Assembly: GCA_964019425.1 (NCBI GenBank)
Contig: OZ025784.1
Coordinates: 620,001 to 684,000, forward strand
Reading direction: 5' to 3'
Length of the DNA: 64,000 nucleotides
DNA from: Flectonema sp. DT1601
Taxonomy: Eukaryota
This document shows, in pieces, positions 23,901 through 34,102 of the stretch. The notes beneath the pieces were generated by a model. The model worked only from the letters and a program-made list of their open reading frames with translations. It was not told where the DNA came from and made no database searches. Position 1 is the first letter of the stretch; every line of letters starts with the position of its first letter. Position numbers and translations under genes: made by a program.

Positions 23901-24326
23901 TAACTCACAAACATTACCAGCAGTCCAACCACAAGAAGGCATTTTAACACACAGTTGTTGTGCTCTTTGTCGTGCTAAATCAATACCACAGAGAGGACCT
24001 CCAGTAACTTCAAAAATACACTTTACTCCACTCCAGTAACATCCTTTTAATCCAACACACTTCTCTCTTGTGGAACAAGTGTCACAGCGAAGACACTGAG
24101 TTGGTTCTTTGCATTTCTCTTCAACACCAGACCATTCACAGGAGCTATTTCCCGAACAGAGTTGTTTATTTACAATTTTACAAGTCTCTGAACAAAGTGA
24201 AAAATCTCCTGTCAAACATCTTGTCAACACGCAATCTGTTAGGTTTTTTCTAATATCTGGACAACTCTCACCCCAACTCCCAACAATGACGGTCATCAAC
24301 AGTAATAATCGGATCATTTGGTTCAT
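20940..24326 (-). CDS. Cysteine-rich repeat type I membrane (surface) protein
   Basis: Signal peptide, then about 30 repeats of C-x(6-8)-C-x5-C-x-W-x(4-6)-C, Gly/His linkers, a TM helix (FVVFGALLLVVTALVICWTL) and a short tail ending TYAKLQV. Confidence 0.88.
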   Translation of the reverse strand: MNQMIRLLLLMTVIVGSWGESCPDIRKNLTDCVLTRCLTGDFSLCSETCKIVNKQLCSGNSSCEWSGVEEKCKEPTQCLRCDTCSTREKCVGLKGCYWSGVKCIFEVTGGPLCGIDLARQRAQQLCVKMPSCGWTAGNVCELNCASFKEDVCTPMKGCSWNTTTSTCAVILPDCPSFNSTMCAKYHSCAWDSKASSCAAASHGGGGHGGGGGHPTGCSSKPQSECKGTCEWNTSKKTCGEIKCDTKSQTDCMALSSCDWNSTTSKCADAVAASVDCSSKHEMDCTSAPECSWEASHSVCSLVPCDTKTVEGDCTPLSTCSWDAHLSKCITAAAKPLTGVDCSSKTTEPVCLAPDCEWSSSHSTCGAVDCTTKAVESDCKSIAACSWDAHSSACAASSPTADACLKKANETDCATVSSCFWNAQASSCSSTPLAINCTAKIIQADCAAVSACVWNTQTSACDTSSVAPVDCSTKANQTACTAETSCAWDSHTSVCSPVNCTAKSVEADCTAVSTCMWNTNTSACEASAAPVNCSTKTAEPICTADTTCAWNAQSSTCATAGCSANTVEADCTAAATCVWEAHTSMCVSGGGCTTKTTEVDCNAMTDCTWDSQATSCEAGNNVCSNKTTSQGCDALGQCEWDTVNTECQKVNCTGKQTEPDCSAKTGCMWDTTTTTCDISANCTIKTIKSECEAQQKCSWDTSSVTCNMNCSKMTQTECTPLSECQWDTGNSVCIKTPCSAMTTALDCSNLKCSWDGTANTCSDNCTYLTTQSTCDDGAMCKWNTVASMCEKDCSLNTDVGTCAADSDCGWTGSQCVVSSCASETVEAPCNLKTDCFWETSACRLKMCSDMTDSTLCGAKTGCLWETSACVLCSGHPQGSCPTGCTWSGSSCDTQSRSFSVLNGGGGGGGGHGGNAQPASLPCPIHPTKDVCDAQFDCRWMITLVGEGQCISSCSIVTVEAGCKDLEACEYGHSGAGEECKSDCGRYETKNNCESFPECLWNFEGLCVGSTPQTAYETSPEWDKSPIGIYIKNDPKWRESPWYHESPSYLSAPQYKNDQYWLQKGWSEDTSETITKFVVFGALLLVVTALVICWTLHNKKKQGQKAAAEMQQRQTHAAGAAPTTYAKLQV

Positions 24327-24381
24327 TATTCTCTTTTAAGATAATATATGATGGTTAAAAAAAGGGATAAAAAAAAACAAG

Positions 24382-24413
<32 letters not shown>

Positions 24414-25399
24414 CTGCGTATCGATGATTACAAAAATGCCATCCTGTTTAAAAGAAATTATCAATAAACGTAACCTTATCAATAAACTAAATAGAATTCA
24501 GTGATTAAAAAACAGCCCAGAGACTTTAATCATCACTTCTCACTAATAACAATCAGTCTAACTTGAGAATGATATGAAGCAGAACGTGGTGGCAATAACT
24601 TAAACCAAATGAGAGAAAATCTTCCAATCAGTTACCTGTGCAGTTGGAATCGCACAATTGAAAACGCAGCTTCAGCTGAAAGGCATAACTCTCAGCTGTC
24701 CAGCCCTTAAACAGAATATCACAAGTTACGAAGAGGACAACGAAGATTTCATCCGCAAACAGAGTACCCCCCTAGCGGAATGATAAATATAGGAGAATAA
24801 ATCACATAAGTCAATTTACATTAAATTAAAAGAAAGGAGTATCTTTGCTGGTCATCCCGTGCAATTGTAATCGCACGGTGAAAAATCAACTATCAGACAA
24901 ACACCGAATAAATAACTTTTATTATAAAGATAGATGACAATAATTAAATGGAGTTAAAATTTTCATCCACGTGATTGAGAAAAATAATATGAAGAAAAAA
25001 AAAAAAAAAAAAAAAAAAAATAGATGTAAAGGCATCGAACACCACGTCGTTAATTAATTCAAATACAAAGAAAGAAAGAAAACTGACATAATTTCTAAGA
25101 AAAAATTATCAGCCAAAATACCAATCCGACGTGTGTTCTTAATGCAAAAGACGAATAGATAAACGGGAAGGGGGAGGTTAGTCGATGCAAAGTAATAATA
25201 GCAATGCCTTCAACTAATAAAAAAAAACGATACAGTAAAAAAAAAAAAAAAAAAACATATTTCTCATGGAATGTTAGATCAAGAATATGTGTTTATTATT
25301 TTTATATCAAAAAAAAAAAAAATTTAAAAAAAAGGTTATAAATAAAACACAATAGTTTCTGCTATTGCATAAAACACTTGTGGAATACGTAGTTTCAGG

Positions 25400-25515
25400 A
25401 GCCCCCAATCTTATGCAACTCGTCCCTCTTAGGCCTTCATACAGACCCGCGTACCAGTTAGATAAACGCTAAAAGAGAACCAGGTAGCCTTTCACGGATC
25501 TCCTAATACTGTTCA
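25400..25515. repeat. Diverged dispersed repeat, copy 1 (second copy ~55745-55950)
   Basis: Three collinear blocks match by eye: cccaatcttatgcaactcgtccctcttaggcctt vs cctaatctcatactacttgtccctttttgggcctt; ccgcgtaccagttagataaacgctaaaagag vs ccgagtaccgattaggcagacattcaaagag; cctaatactg vs cccaatactg. Confidence 0.5.
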
Positions 25516-27097
25516 GTATTCTTTTTTTTGTACTAAAAATCAACTCAGTTTTTCAGAGCTGGAAGAGAATAAAAAAAAAAAAAAAAAGAAAGAAAAAAAA
25601 TTCAAATGCAAAAACCGCAAGATCAGAGAGTCGGAATGACCAAATTATTATAAAAATTCAAACCGATTTTCTTTAATCAAAACAGCTCAACAATGTATAG
25701 CCGTCATAAAAATATTTGTGAAAAAAAAAAAAAAAAAAAAAATCTATTCAGAAGGGCTATACAAGCGGTGATACGTCATCAGAAGCTTCTCAAATAAAAA
25801 AAAGGATAGAAAGGTAAATCATAAGAGAATAAGGGTACAGAAATACATCTCACTGTAAGTCTGCGTATTGATGATGTAGCATTCAAATGAGCCAACAAGG
25901 AACATCAAAATAGTGTGATAGAGTTAGCAAGGGTTTATTTTAATTAAGAAGATGAGTGCAGCCAATCGGTAGTGTGACATTATAAGGAAAGCCCACTACA
26001 AGACATCAACAACATAGACTTAATTATTATTTTATAGTTTTTAGTTAGCGAAGTAGTTAATGCCAATGCAGATAATTTTCTTTTTTTTTTTTTTTTTTTT
26101 TTTTTTTTCATTTCAAAAAAAGTAGTTCGAAATGACCAAAAGAAATTGCTGAACTGGCATACCTCACTTAGGGTGGAAAAAAAAAAAATTGTGATGAGCA
26201 ATGTAGAATGCACGAAATTTTTTTTCATTTTTTGCATTGGACAGCACACGTAAACCCTCCTTTAGCTTTTATTAGTTTGAGTCGGTTCACAGTTTCGTTT
26301 GCACATACAAAACATCAATAGGGTTATAATATATTACTATTTTTCCGTATAGTTCAAGTTAACACCATTTCCTTTTTTTTTTTCCCCACACAAGGACCAC
26401 ACCTCTAAGAGATAGATAAAGAGGGTGGGGTGTAACTTGATACTGTTACTGCGATTAAATACAACGGGGTGGAAAAACTGTTTTTTCAGCATATTTATAA
26501 AAGACATAATATAATATTATCTGTGTCTGATCAAAGATAACTAATTTTAGATTATTAGTAATTTATGATACACTTGACTAAAGGAAATGTTATTACTTTG
26601 AGATAGAAGGGTGAGAGTGAAAAAAGAAGACGGAACATAGAGGATATAAGCCCTTACGGAACGATAACATTTTGTTTGTGCAAAAAAAAAAAAAAAAAAA
26701 TCCTTGCATACCAGGGGTGGTTTATTTTTAATTATTTCCAAAAAAAAAAAAAAAACTTCTGAAAAACTGAAATAAACACACGTGTGGTTTTGTTTGTTTT
26801 TTTTTTTTTGTTTTCTAACAAATATTTTTAGATAATTATTTTTTTTTTTTAATGTGATCGTAATTCTTATATTGTAAGGGGAAAAAAAGAGGAAACTTCG
26901 TGATACGACAACAAGAAGGAAGGGAAAGAATATTGACCGATTAAAGAGAGCTTCATAAATTAAAGCTATTCAAATAGTCTATTACACTACAGCATGTGTC
27001 GTGTTTGTTCTCACAACAACATTGATGTAGACTGAACTGAGTGCCGAATGGCAAATCTCAAAGTACAGTCCGACAACTGTTGTTTTTTTATTATCGC

Positions 27098-27661
27098 TTA
27101 CACACAAATCATGATGCCTGACCATCTTGCTTCAGAAATAACCATTTCTTCACGTTTCATTGAATCGGATGCGTGATAAAATGATTCTCCTTCTTGACGA
27201 ATGGCCTCTAATACGATTGACTGATTATTTCTAAGATCAGGAGAGGCGTATTTGAGTGAAGTTCCTTTCTGTTTAACAGCAATCAGAACAAGTTGGGGAT
27301 TTGCGCGGAGATCCGCAGATGCATATTGCAATGCATCACCGTCTCGGGATACACATTCCACTACGATTGGTTGGATTGACCTCGTCCAGTCAGGAAGCTC
27401 TCTCAGAGGAATTCCACTTCTCGCTTTTTGAAGTTCTTCAGTCCATGATTGAGTCACAATTACTTCTTCGTATGGCATTATCCCAGTGTTGACAAATAGT
27501 GAGTCGGATGGTTTAATTTCTTCTCCCGCGTGTTCTATTCCGATACCCTCATATCCAAATTCTTGTGAAATCAATTTCACAACGTCCCTGACGGTATCAT
27601 GAATTCCGATATTTACAATTCGACTTAAACCTGTTAGGACGTCAATCGCAACTATATCCAT
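27098..27661 (-). CDS. Ubiquitin-like N-terminus plus DUF4116-type repeat protein
   Basis: Repeated 'G-x-A/S-L-x-Y-A-S-x-D-L-R-x-N-x-x-I/L-V-L-x-A' units. The N-terminal 70 aa have a UBL-like pattern. Confidence 0.75.
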   Translation of the reverse strand: MDIVAIDVLTGLSRIVNIGIHDTVRDVVKLISQEFGYEGIGIEHAGEEIKPSDSLFVNTGIMPYEEVIVTQSWTEELQKARSGIPLRELPDWTRSIQPIVVECVSRDGDALQYASADLRANPQLVLIAVKQKGTSLKYASPDLRNNQSIVLEAIRQEGESFYHASDSMKREEMVISEARWSGIMICV

Positions 27662-27827
27662 GTTTATTTGTTTTTTTTATAAAAAGAATCTGGAAATAGC
27701 TTTATAAAACAGTTTTTTAAAAAAATAAATATTTTCTCTTTCATCAGTATCCACATCTTTCTGATGTTATCTTATAATGAGGAAGGGTGTAATTTGATAC
27801 AAGCTCAAAAGGAACAACAATTTCTCC

Positions 27828-27918
27828 GACAATCTTGACTGTCAGCGACGTCAGCGTAGTAAATGACTGCAAATAAATAAATAATACCACTTGGAGGCCA
27901 CGTGAACATAGTTGAGCG
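27828..27918. repeat. Dispersed ~85-bp repeat, copy 1 (second copy 56323-56401)
   Basis: gacaatcttgactgtcagc...gccacgtgaacatagttgagcg vs gacaatcttaattgtcagc...gccacgtgaacacagttgagcg; the last block is 21/22 identical. Confidence 0.7.
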
Positions 27919-28257
27919 CCATTTGCCTATAGGGTGGGCAAACAATAACATAAATAATACAATCAGGTACTTGAGCCATTTGGTAAGTGGGTGTAGATAG
28001 GTGTCACCCTTTTTTTTTTGGTTTTCACGATTTAGATAGTTCTCGGGTAGTCAGTTTTTTTTTTTTTTTTTTTTTTTTTTTTCCCTTCCATTTTTATTTT
28101 ACAACAGAAATACCGGTTTAAAAAAAAACACTTACCATCATTTTTTTTTTTTTGTTTTGTTTTTTCTTCTCAGTTTTTTTTTTTTTTTTTTTCATTTTTT
28201 TTTTTTTTTCATTTTCATTTTCATTTTCCCTCATAGGTAATACCTCGCACTAGTGAT

Positions 28258-31200
28258 CTATTTAATTTCATTTAAATAAGTCGGATAATTGCCAACTGAC
28301 TGACCAGGTGGAGCTACTGCCTGCTGAGGCGGTGTTTTTGGTGGGATTCGAGGTGGTGCTGACGCCCCAATCGACGGTGTTTGTTGCTGCTCACCAGAGT
28401 CTGCGAAGAACCACTGACCTGTTTTTTCATCAAATCCGAATTTTTTATTTTTATCATCTGGTAGGATTGCTTGAGGGGTTTCATCATCTTCCTTTCGAGA
28501 CCAAAATGAAAATCCCCATCCAGATTTCCTTTTTGACTTTTGCATCTCTTCTGACAGGCTCTCAGCATTCGGAGTTGGTGAAGAAAGAGATCCGTCTTTT
28601 TTTTTCATAACTCCTTTTGTTGGTTTAGTAGCACCTCCTCCCCACAGTCGACTGATACCCCAACCACTACTTTTTGCTCCTTCTAAATGAAGCTTTGCTG
28701 ACTCTTTCAAATCATCCAATAGATGAAGAGCTCCAGGTGATAGGAGATTTTTGTGTTGCTCAACAGCTGTGATGGTAGACATACATGTTTCGTATTGTCC
28801 GTGTTCGAATAGCCACATTGCGAATGCTAATCGATATGGGTGTAAGTGATTCATCTGAAATGGTTTCTTTAATTGTTGTGTTATCGATCCATTCTGTTGC
28901 ATAAAGCCTTCAAGTAATTCAGTTTGAATAACACTTTGAGGACGAACAAAAGCAGATCTACAAACAGGTCCCTGATGAGTTCCCCCCAACAAGATTGGTA
29001 GTAACTGAAGACTTCTAACACCCCATCTTGCGATAATACATAATGCACAAAAATGAGAGGCGTCAATCTCACCCAAATGAAGTAGTTTTTCCATCAATGA
29101 AGAGATGACTTGAGTTGTAAATTGTCCCATAGGCAGTTTCAGTATTGCGAGTAGAATGGATTTCCAACCCGTATCTTTTGATACATCAATACTATCCATG
29201 TGATCAATTGGGTTTATCTCTTGACCAACAAGTAACGCATGAAATAATGGTGATTGTGAACAAAGTGACTTCGCGTGTTCCAACTGAACAGATTTCCATG
29301 CATCTTGATCAGTACAAGCAGCTATAGCCATTGCTGTACTAAATTCTTTATTTGCTACCGCAAATGGTATAGCTTCTTGGGGAGTCGCAAGCAATAACAA
29401 TCTCTGGACAGTTCTTAAAGTTTCTTCACGTTTGTGGTCTTCAACACGACGATTTTGTTCTCTTTTAAGAGCGCGTTGAAGTCGTTCTTCGGTTGACAAC
29501 TGTTGATCATCTTCCAAACCCGTAGGAATAGGATGATCTACCATAGGACTCTGTAGATCACCAACAACTATTTCATTAAGTAACGCAGTTATATAGGGTC
29601 CCCAATGCTGTTGGTCCCAAGAATACGAATTCGACGCGTAATAATTCAAAATGCTCTGAAGCGGTCCGAATGCCGGGAAACCAGAAATATAAGCGGAGAC
29701 CACCTCTTTCGACGAGTTCGTCAGATTCGCAGGTCGGTCAGTCAGGACGCTATATTCTGCTGGACCATTATCGACACCGTGATAACCAAATACATCATCA
29801 AATGGAATGATTGAAACAGAACTTCCATTTTCAGATTTTTTGTTCAAATTTGCGATTATCAACTTTCCCGCAGTAAACGAGATCGGACATCCTCTTTTAA
29901 CGGGCATTGCCGCATAATCTCCACCCCCTGGAGAATATTGGTGAGATACTTCAGTAGGTGAGACCGACTGTTCGATGTCTGTTTTTGGTTTTGAATTCAC
30001 CGGATCAACAGGTTGTTCTTCTACCCTACTATACTGTTCTTCCTGTTGTTGTTGTTGTTGTGGTTGTTGTTGCTGTTGCTGTTGTTGGTACTGCTGTAGT
30101 AATGACTCGTAAGTCTGATACTCTAATGGTTTATCCCAAACACTTTCATTAGTAAGTTGATTATAGTAATAAAGTTGTCCAGAATCTGGAACCACCAACT
30201 CAACCCAATTAGTTGATGGAAGTTGTGATGCCATCGGAGACTGCGGTAGAACTTCACAAGATCCCTGACTAAATGTTCTAAACGGATCATCAACACTTGG
30301 CTGCTTAAGTAGAATATCATCAACTTCATAATCAGGTTTTCTATCATCAGTTAGTTCATTACTAACTTCAGGTTCTAATTCTATTTTAGGTGCTAAGAAT
30401 GGGTCCACTTCACCAGGTGCTGATTCTACTTCACCAGGTGGGCTTACATCACCAGGTGCTGGGTTTACGTCACCAGGTGTTGGGTTTACGTCACCAGGTG
30501 CTGGGTTTACGTCATCAGGTGAGTCATCTGTTATTTGTTCATCAGGTTTACTTGACTCCTGTTTCGGTTGTTCTGTCACAACTTCTTTCTGAGTATCGTT
30601 GTCAGAAACCTGCTGTGGTGGTGCTGAGTCAGTTTGTTTAATTTCATCAGACGCCACAGCTTCAGGTAAGCTCCGGTCAGTTGGCGGATCGTATTTCGAA
30701 TTCTCGAGTAAGTCTTCATCACAGTCAGAGAAAGATCCAAAACTTTTGAATGAATCAGTCCCTTCCTCTACACCTGTAGTGTCTTGTGGCTCTTCTACAC
30801 CCGTAATGTCTTCTGGTTCATCTTGTTTAGGGTGGTCTGGTTCTTGGTTGGGTATTTCTTGTTCTTGATCGGAGTGATTGGAATGCTCTTCTGTTTTTGA
30901 TACATCCTCAATCACATCAGTTTCTGTAACCTCTTCTGTTACTTCTGGTGCTGGTACTGGTGCTGTCGGTGGTGTTGGCGCTAATGGTGGTGTTGGTGCT
31001 GATACTGTCGGTGGCGTTGGTGCTGATACTGTCGGTGGTGTTGGTGAAGGAGCTCGTTTTGGCTTCGGTAGTGGTGCCCCAAAAGCATCCAACTCAACGT
31101 CATCGTCTTCAGGCTGCTCATTGCCGGCTGACATCGGCTCTGATTGACTTCTGTCTAGATGACTTTCTGACTGGCTAAGATGTAATCCAGTGAGTACATC

Positions 31201-33840
31201 CTTTTGACTTTCCACGCGTTGAATTTGACTACTCGAGTTTCCAAATTCCGCGGAATGCGGTCCTGCTGATGGTGTAATCGGTGGGAGGGGACCCAGTTCC
31301 GACATTTTCGAACTCAACTCCATTGTGTGAAGAGCATCTACTGCACTCTCTTGATGATCCAAAGGTGTTCCGGTTGATGGTTTTGATTTGATAATCTCAC
31401 CACTGAAAGGATCAACAACATCATCACTTGAAGCTATCAGTTCTTGTTCTTGTTGTTGTTTTACTTCCCACTCCTCAGTAGGATTTCTTAAATCAGAATT
31501 ACTAACTTCTTGAGATGGGAACGGATTAGTTTGTTCCTCCTCTTTGCTATCATTGGACTGCAGAGGCTGAGGTGCAAAGGGATCGATCTGCTCTGATACA
31601 ACTTCACCATCAGTGCCTGACTGCAGAGGTTGATTTCCATCTTCCTGTTGACCAGCAAAAGGATCGGCCTCAGCCTTTTCCAATGTGAGTTCATTATCAA
31701 TTTGGGACTGCGAAGGTTGGATGTCGTTACTCTGTTGTTCAGCAAAAGGATCGACTTCAGCATTTCCTGATGAGAGTTTATTTTCAACAAGTAGAGGTTG
31801 CTGCTGATCACCAAGAGGATCAGTATTTAGATTTAAGCAATCTCCCGATTGCTGTGACGCAAAAGGATCGGCGTCACCGTGCCCTGGCGCGAGTTCATTG
31901 TTAGGGATTGACTGCGTAAGTTGACTTTCATCATTCTGCTGACCAGCAAAAGGATCATCCTGAGGCTGCTGCAGCGAAAAGGAATCCATTGCACTCTGCC
32001 CTGACACAATTTCGTTTTCAGCGTCGGGCTGCGGAGGTTGATCTTCATCATCTTGCTGACCAGCAAAAGGATCGACTTCAGCATTTCCTGATGTGAGTTG
32101 GTTATCGGTACTACCTGAATGTGGAGGTTGGCTTTCATCACTTTCCTGACCAGCAAAGGGATCGGCCGTGAGATCCGAAGTTTCTTCTGGCTGCGAGGCA
32201 AAAGGATCGATATCACTCTGTCCCGATGCGAGTTTGTTTTCGGTGTTGGACTGCGATGTCTCATTCTGCTGACCAGCAAAGGGATCGGCCGTGAGATCCG
32301 AAGTTTCTTCTGGCTGCGAGGCAAAAGGATCGATATCACTCTGTCCCGATGCGAGTTTGTTTTCGGTGTTGGACTGCGATGTCTCATTCTGCTGACCAGC
32401 AAAGGGATCGGCCGTGAGATCCGAAGTTTCTTCTGGCTGCGAGGCAAAAGGATCGATATCACTCTGTCCCGATGCGAGTTTGTTTTCGGTGTTGGACTGC
32501 GATGTCTCATTCTGCTGACCAGCAAAGGGATCGGCCGCCAGATTTGAGGTCTCCCCCGGTTGTTGTGACGCAAAAGGATCGACATCACCCTGTCCTGATG
32601 TGAGTTCATTGCTGAGAGTTGACTGCGGAGGGTCATTCTGCTGATCAGCAAAGGGATCGGCCGTGAGATCCGAAGTTTCTTCTGGCTGTGAGGCAAAGGG
32701 ATCCACCTGTTCCGATGCGAGTTTGTTTTCGATGTCATTCAGTTGACCAGCAAAAGGATCGGCCGCGAGATTTGAGGTCTCCTCCGGTTCCTGTGACGCA
32801 AAAGGATCGACATCACCCTGTCCCGATGTGAGTTCATTGCTGAGAATTGACTGCGGAGGTTGATTTAAATCACCTTGTTGGACAGTAAATGGATCAGCCA
32901 CAGTATCTTCTGATCGCTTAGACTCGACTACATTCCTTTGGTTATCAGATGGGTTAAGCTGTTCAGTGTTTGGATGAACATTAAAAGGATCGACTTCATG
33001 TCCTTCTAGTTCTTGAGGTATAATATCTTGTTGTGAAGTAATCGGATTTAAAGTATTTTGAGGAGTTGTGGATGTGAAGGGATCGCCTTCCTGAGACGCA
33101 AACACTTCTTGAGCTAACGAAGGTCTTCTCTGAGATGAAAATAGATCATCGGGATCACTAGCTGTGGGATGTTGTTGTATAAATGAATCTGTTTCTGACT
33201 CACGAGTACTGACCTGACCAGTGAACGGGTCATTAGTCTCTGGTGGTTGAGTAGTGTCTTTATCACCATTTATAGTGGAGACAAATGGTTGGGGATCTGA
33301 AAAGATATCGTCGTCGGGTTGTGGTTGTTTTGATTCGATGGCCGATTTATATTTATCATCACTCTGCTCCCAGAAACTATCACTGAAATCACTTCCTGTT
33401 GTAATGTTGTTAGAGTTACGACTAACTATGAAATCATCACTAGGAGGGGGTGCGCCATCAAGTACGCGACGCTTAACTGTCGACTCGTCATGAGTGAAGT
33501 GGGATTCATTAGTAGTTATGGAAGCCGCTACTTGTTTTGAAACAACAGCAGACGAGTCAAAATAATCGGTTTGAATATGTTCACTTAAATCTGCTTCACG
33601 AACACCAACAGCAGTAATCGCAGCATCTGCAAACCACGCGAATCTTCCATCATCAAATTTCAGTCTGCAACTTGAATCCACCGGGTCAATTTCACTTATT
33701 TCTGCTTCACAGCCACATCGTTTTTCTTTCGATCGGCTCCAAGTTCCTAATTTGTTGCACAAATCTTTAACAACTACCGGATCTGATAATACTCTTACTT
33801 TACATCCTACAACTAACCCTTGGTACCCCCCTTCCGGCAT
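28258..33840 (-). CDS. SEC16: COPII scaffold Sec16-like protein with N-terminal SH3-like domain, DPF-rich region and WW domain
   Basis: Central conserved-domain motifs (EIDASHFC, LLGG, QTELLE, LHPYRLAFAMWLFEHG) and the C-terminal signature ILPDDKNKKFGFDEKTGQW followed by a Pro-rich tail. WW domain WVELVVPDSGQLYYYNQLTNESVWDKP. First in-frame ATG is 33840. Confidence 0.82.
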   Translation of the reverse strand: MPEGGYQGLVVGCKVRVLSDPVVVKDLCNKLGTWSRSKEKRCGCEAEISEIDPVDSSCRLKFDDGRFAWFADAAITAVGVREADLSEHIQTDYFDSSAVVSKQVAASITTNESHFTHDESTVKRRVLDGAPPPSDDFIVSRNSNNITTGSDFSDSFWEQSDDKYKSAIESKQPQPDDDIFSDPQPFVSTINGDKDTTQPPETNDPFTGQVSTRESETDSFIQQHPTASDPDDLFSSQRRPSLAQEVFASQEGDPFTSTTPQNTLNPITSQQDIIPQELEGHEVDPFNVHPNTEQLNPSDNQRNVVESKRSEDTVADPFTVQQGDLNQPPQSILSNELTSGQGDVDPFASQEPEETSNLAADPFAGQLNDIENKLASEQVDPFASQPEETSDLTADPFADQQNDPPQSTLSNELTSGQGDVDPFASQQPGETSNLAADPFAGQQNETSQSNTENKLASGQSDIDPFASQPEETSDLTADPFAGQQNETSQSNTENKLASGQSDIDPFASQPEETSDLTADPFAGQQNETSQSNTENKLASGQSDIDPFASQPEETSDLTADPFAGQESDESQPPHSGSTDNQLTSGNAEVDPFAGQQDDEDQPPQPDAENEIVSGQSAMDSFSLQQPQDDPFAGQQNDESQLTQSIPNNELAPGHGDADPFASQQSGDCLNLNTDPLGDQQQPLLVENKLSSGNAEVDPFAEQQSNDIQPSQSQIDNELTLEKAEADPFAGQQEDGNQPLQSGTDGEVVSEQIDPFAPQPLQSNDSKEEEQTNPFPSQEVSNSDLRNPTEEWEVKQQQEQELIASSDDVVDPFSGEIIKSKPSTGTPLDHQESAVDALHTMELSSKMSELGPLPPITPSAGPHSAEFGNSSSQIQRVESQKDVLTGLHLSQSESHLDRSQSEPMSAGNEQPEDDDVELDAFGAPLPKPKRAPSPTPPTVSAPTPPTVSAPTPPLAPTPPTAPVPAPEVTEEVTETDVIEDVSKTEEHSNHSDQEQEIPNQEPDHPKQDEPEDITGVEEPQDTTGVEEGTDSFKSFGSFSDCDEDLLENSKYDPPTDRSLPEAVASDEIKQTDSAPPQQVSDNDTQKEVVTEQPKQESSKPDEQITDDSPDDVNPAPGDVNPTPGDVNPAPGDVSPPGEVESAPGEVDPFLAPKIELEPEVSNELTDDRKPDYEVDDILLKQPSVDDPFRTFSQGSCEVLPQSPMASQLPSTNWVELVVPDSGQLYYYNQLTNESVWDKPLEYQTYESLLQQYQQQQQQQQPQQQQQQEEQYSRVEEQPVDPVNSKPKTDIEQSVSPTEVSHQYSPGGGDYAAMPVKRGCPISFTAGKLIIANLNKKSENGSSVSIIPFDDVFGYHGVDNGPAEYSVLTDRPANLTNSSKEVVSAYISGFPAFGPLQSILNYYASNSYSWDQQHWGPYITALLNEIVVGDLQSPMVDHPIPTGLEDDQQLSTEERLQRALKREQNRRVEDHKREETLRTVQRLLLLATPQEAIPFAVANKEFSTAMAIAACTDQDAWKSVQLEHAKSLCSQSPLFHALLVGQEINPIDHMDSIDVSKDTGWKSILLAILKLPMGQFTTQVISSLMEKLLHLGEIDASHFCALCIIARWGVRSLQLLPILLGGTHQGPVCRSAFVRPQSVIQTELLEGFMQQNGSITQQLKKPFQMNHLHPYRLAFAMWLFEHGQYETCMSTITAVEQHKNLLSPGALHLLDDLKESAKLHLEGAKSSGWGISRLWGGGATKPTKGVMKKKDGSLSSPTPNAESLSEEMQKSKRKSGWGFSFWSRKEDDETPQAILPDDKNKKFGFDEKTGQWFFADSGEQQQTPSIGASAPPRIPPKTPPQQAVAPPGQSVGNYPTYLNEIK
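32146..32514 (-). repeat. Coding tandem repeat, 3 near-identical 123-bp units (41 aa, two DPF motifs each), with degenerate flanking units
   Basis: The unit start ctgaccagcaaagggatcggcc recurs at 32146, 32269, 32392 and 32515. Confidence 0.95.
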
Positions 33841-34102
33841 GTAATTGCTTTCAGACACCTGGTTTTGAAGTAAAGTCAGATATAATCAGTCTTACCTAGT
33901 TATCGACAGACATTGTGGCTCTGTAGAAATAAGAAGTGATTGTTGTGTGAAAAAAAATACAATGAGTCGTTTATTTTTTTCTTAAAATTCCTTTGAATGA
34001 TATATATTTTTTTTGATAACGAAAAGAAACTGACCAACTAAATAATAAAAAATTAACATCGAGTGAGAAACTACGAAACATAATTAATTCTGCAGAGCAG
34101 TA

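Noticed and set aside
31833..32738. 301-aa alternative-frame ORF and antisense ORFs inside Sec16 and the Cys-rich gene
   Set aside because: These are shadows of coding tandem repeats that happen to lack stops.
33896..33898. Stop-codon reassignment suggested by the in-frame TAG before Sec16
   Set aside because: TAG, TAA and TGA all terminate conserved genes at expected positions (NSA2, TrpRS, PP2C), and long ORFs have no internal stops.
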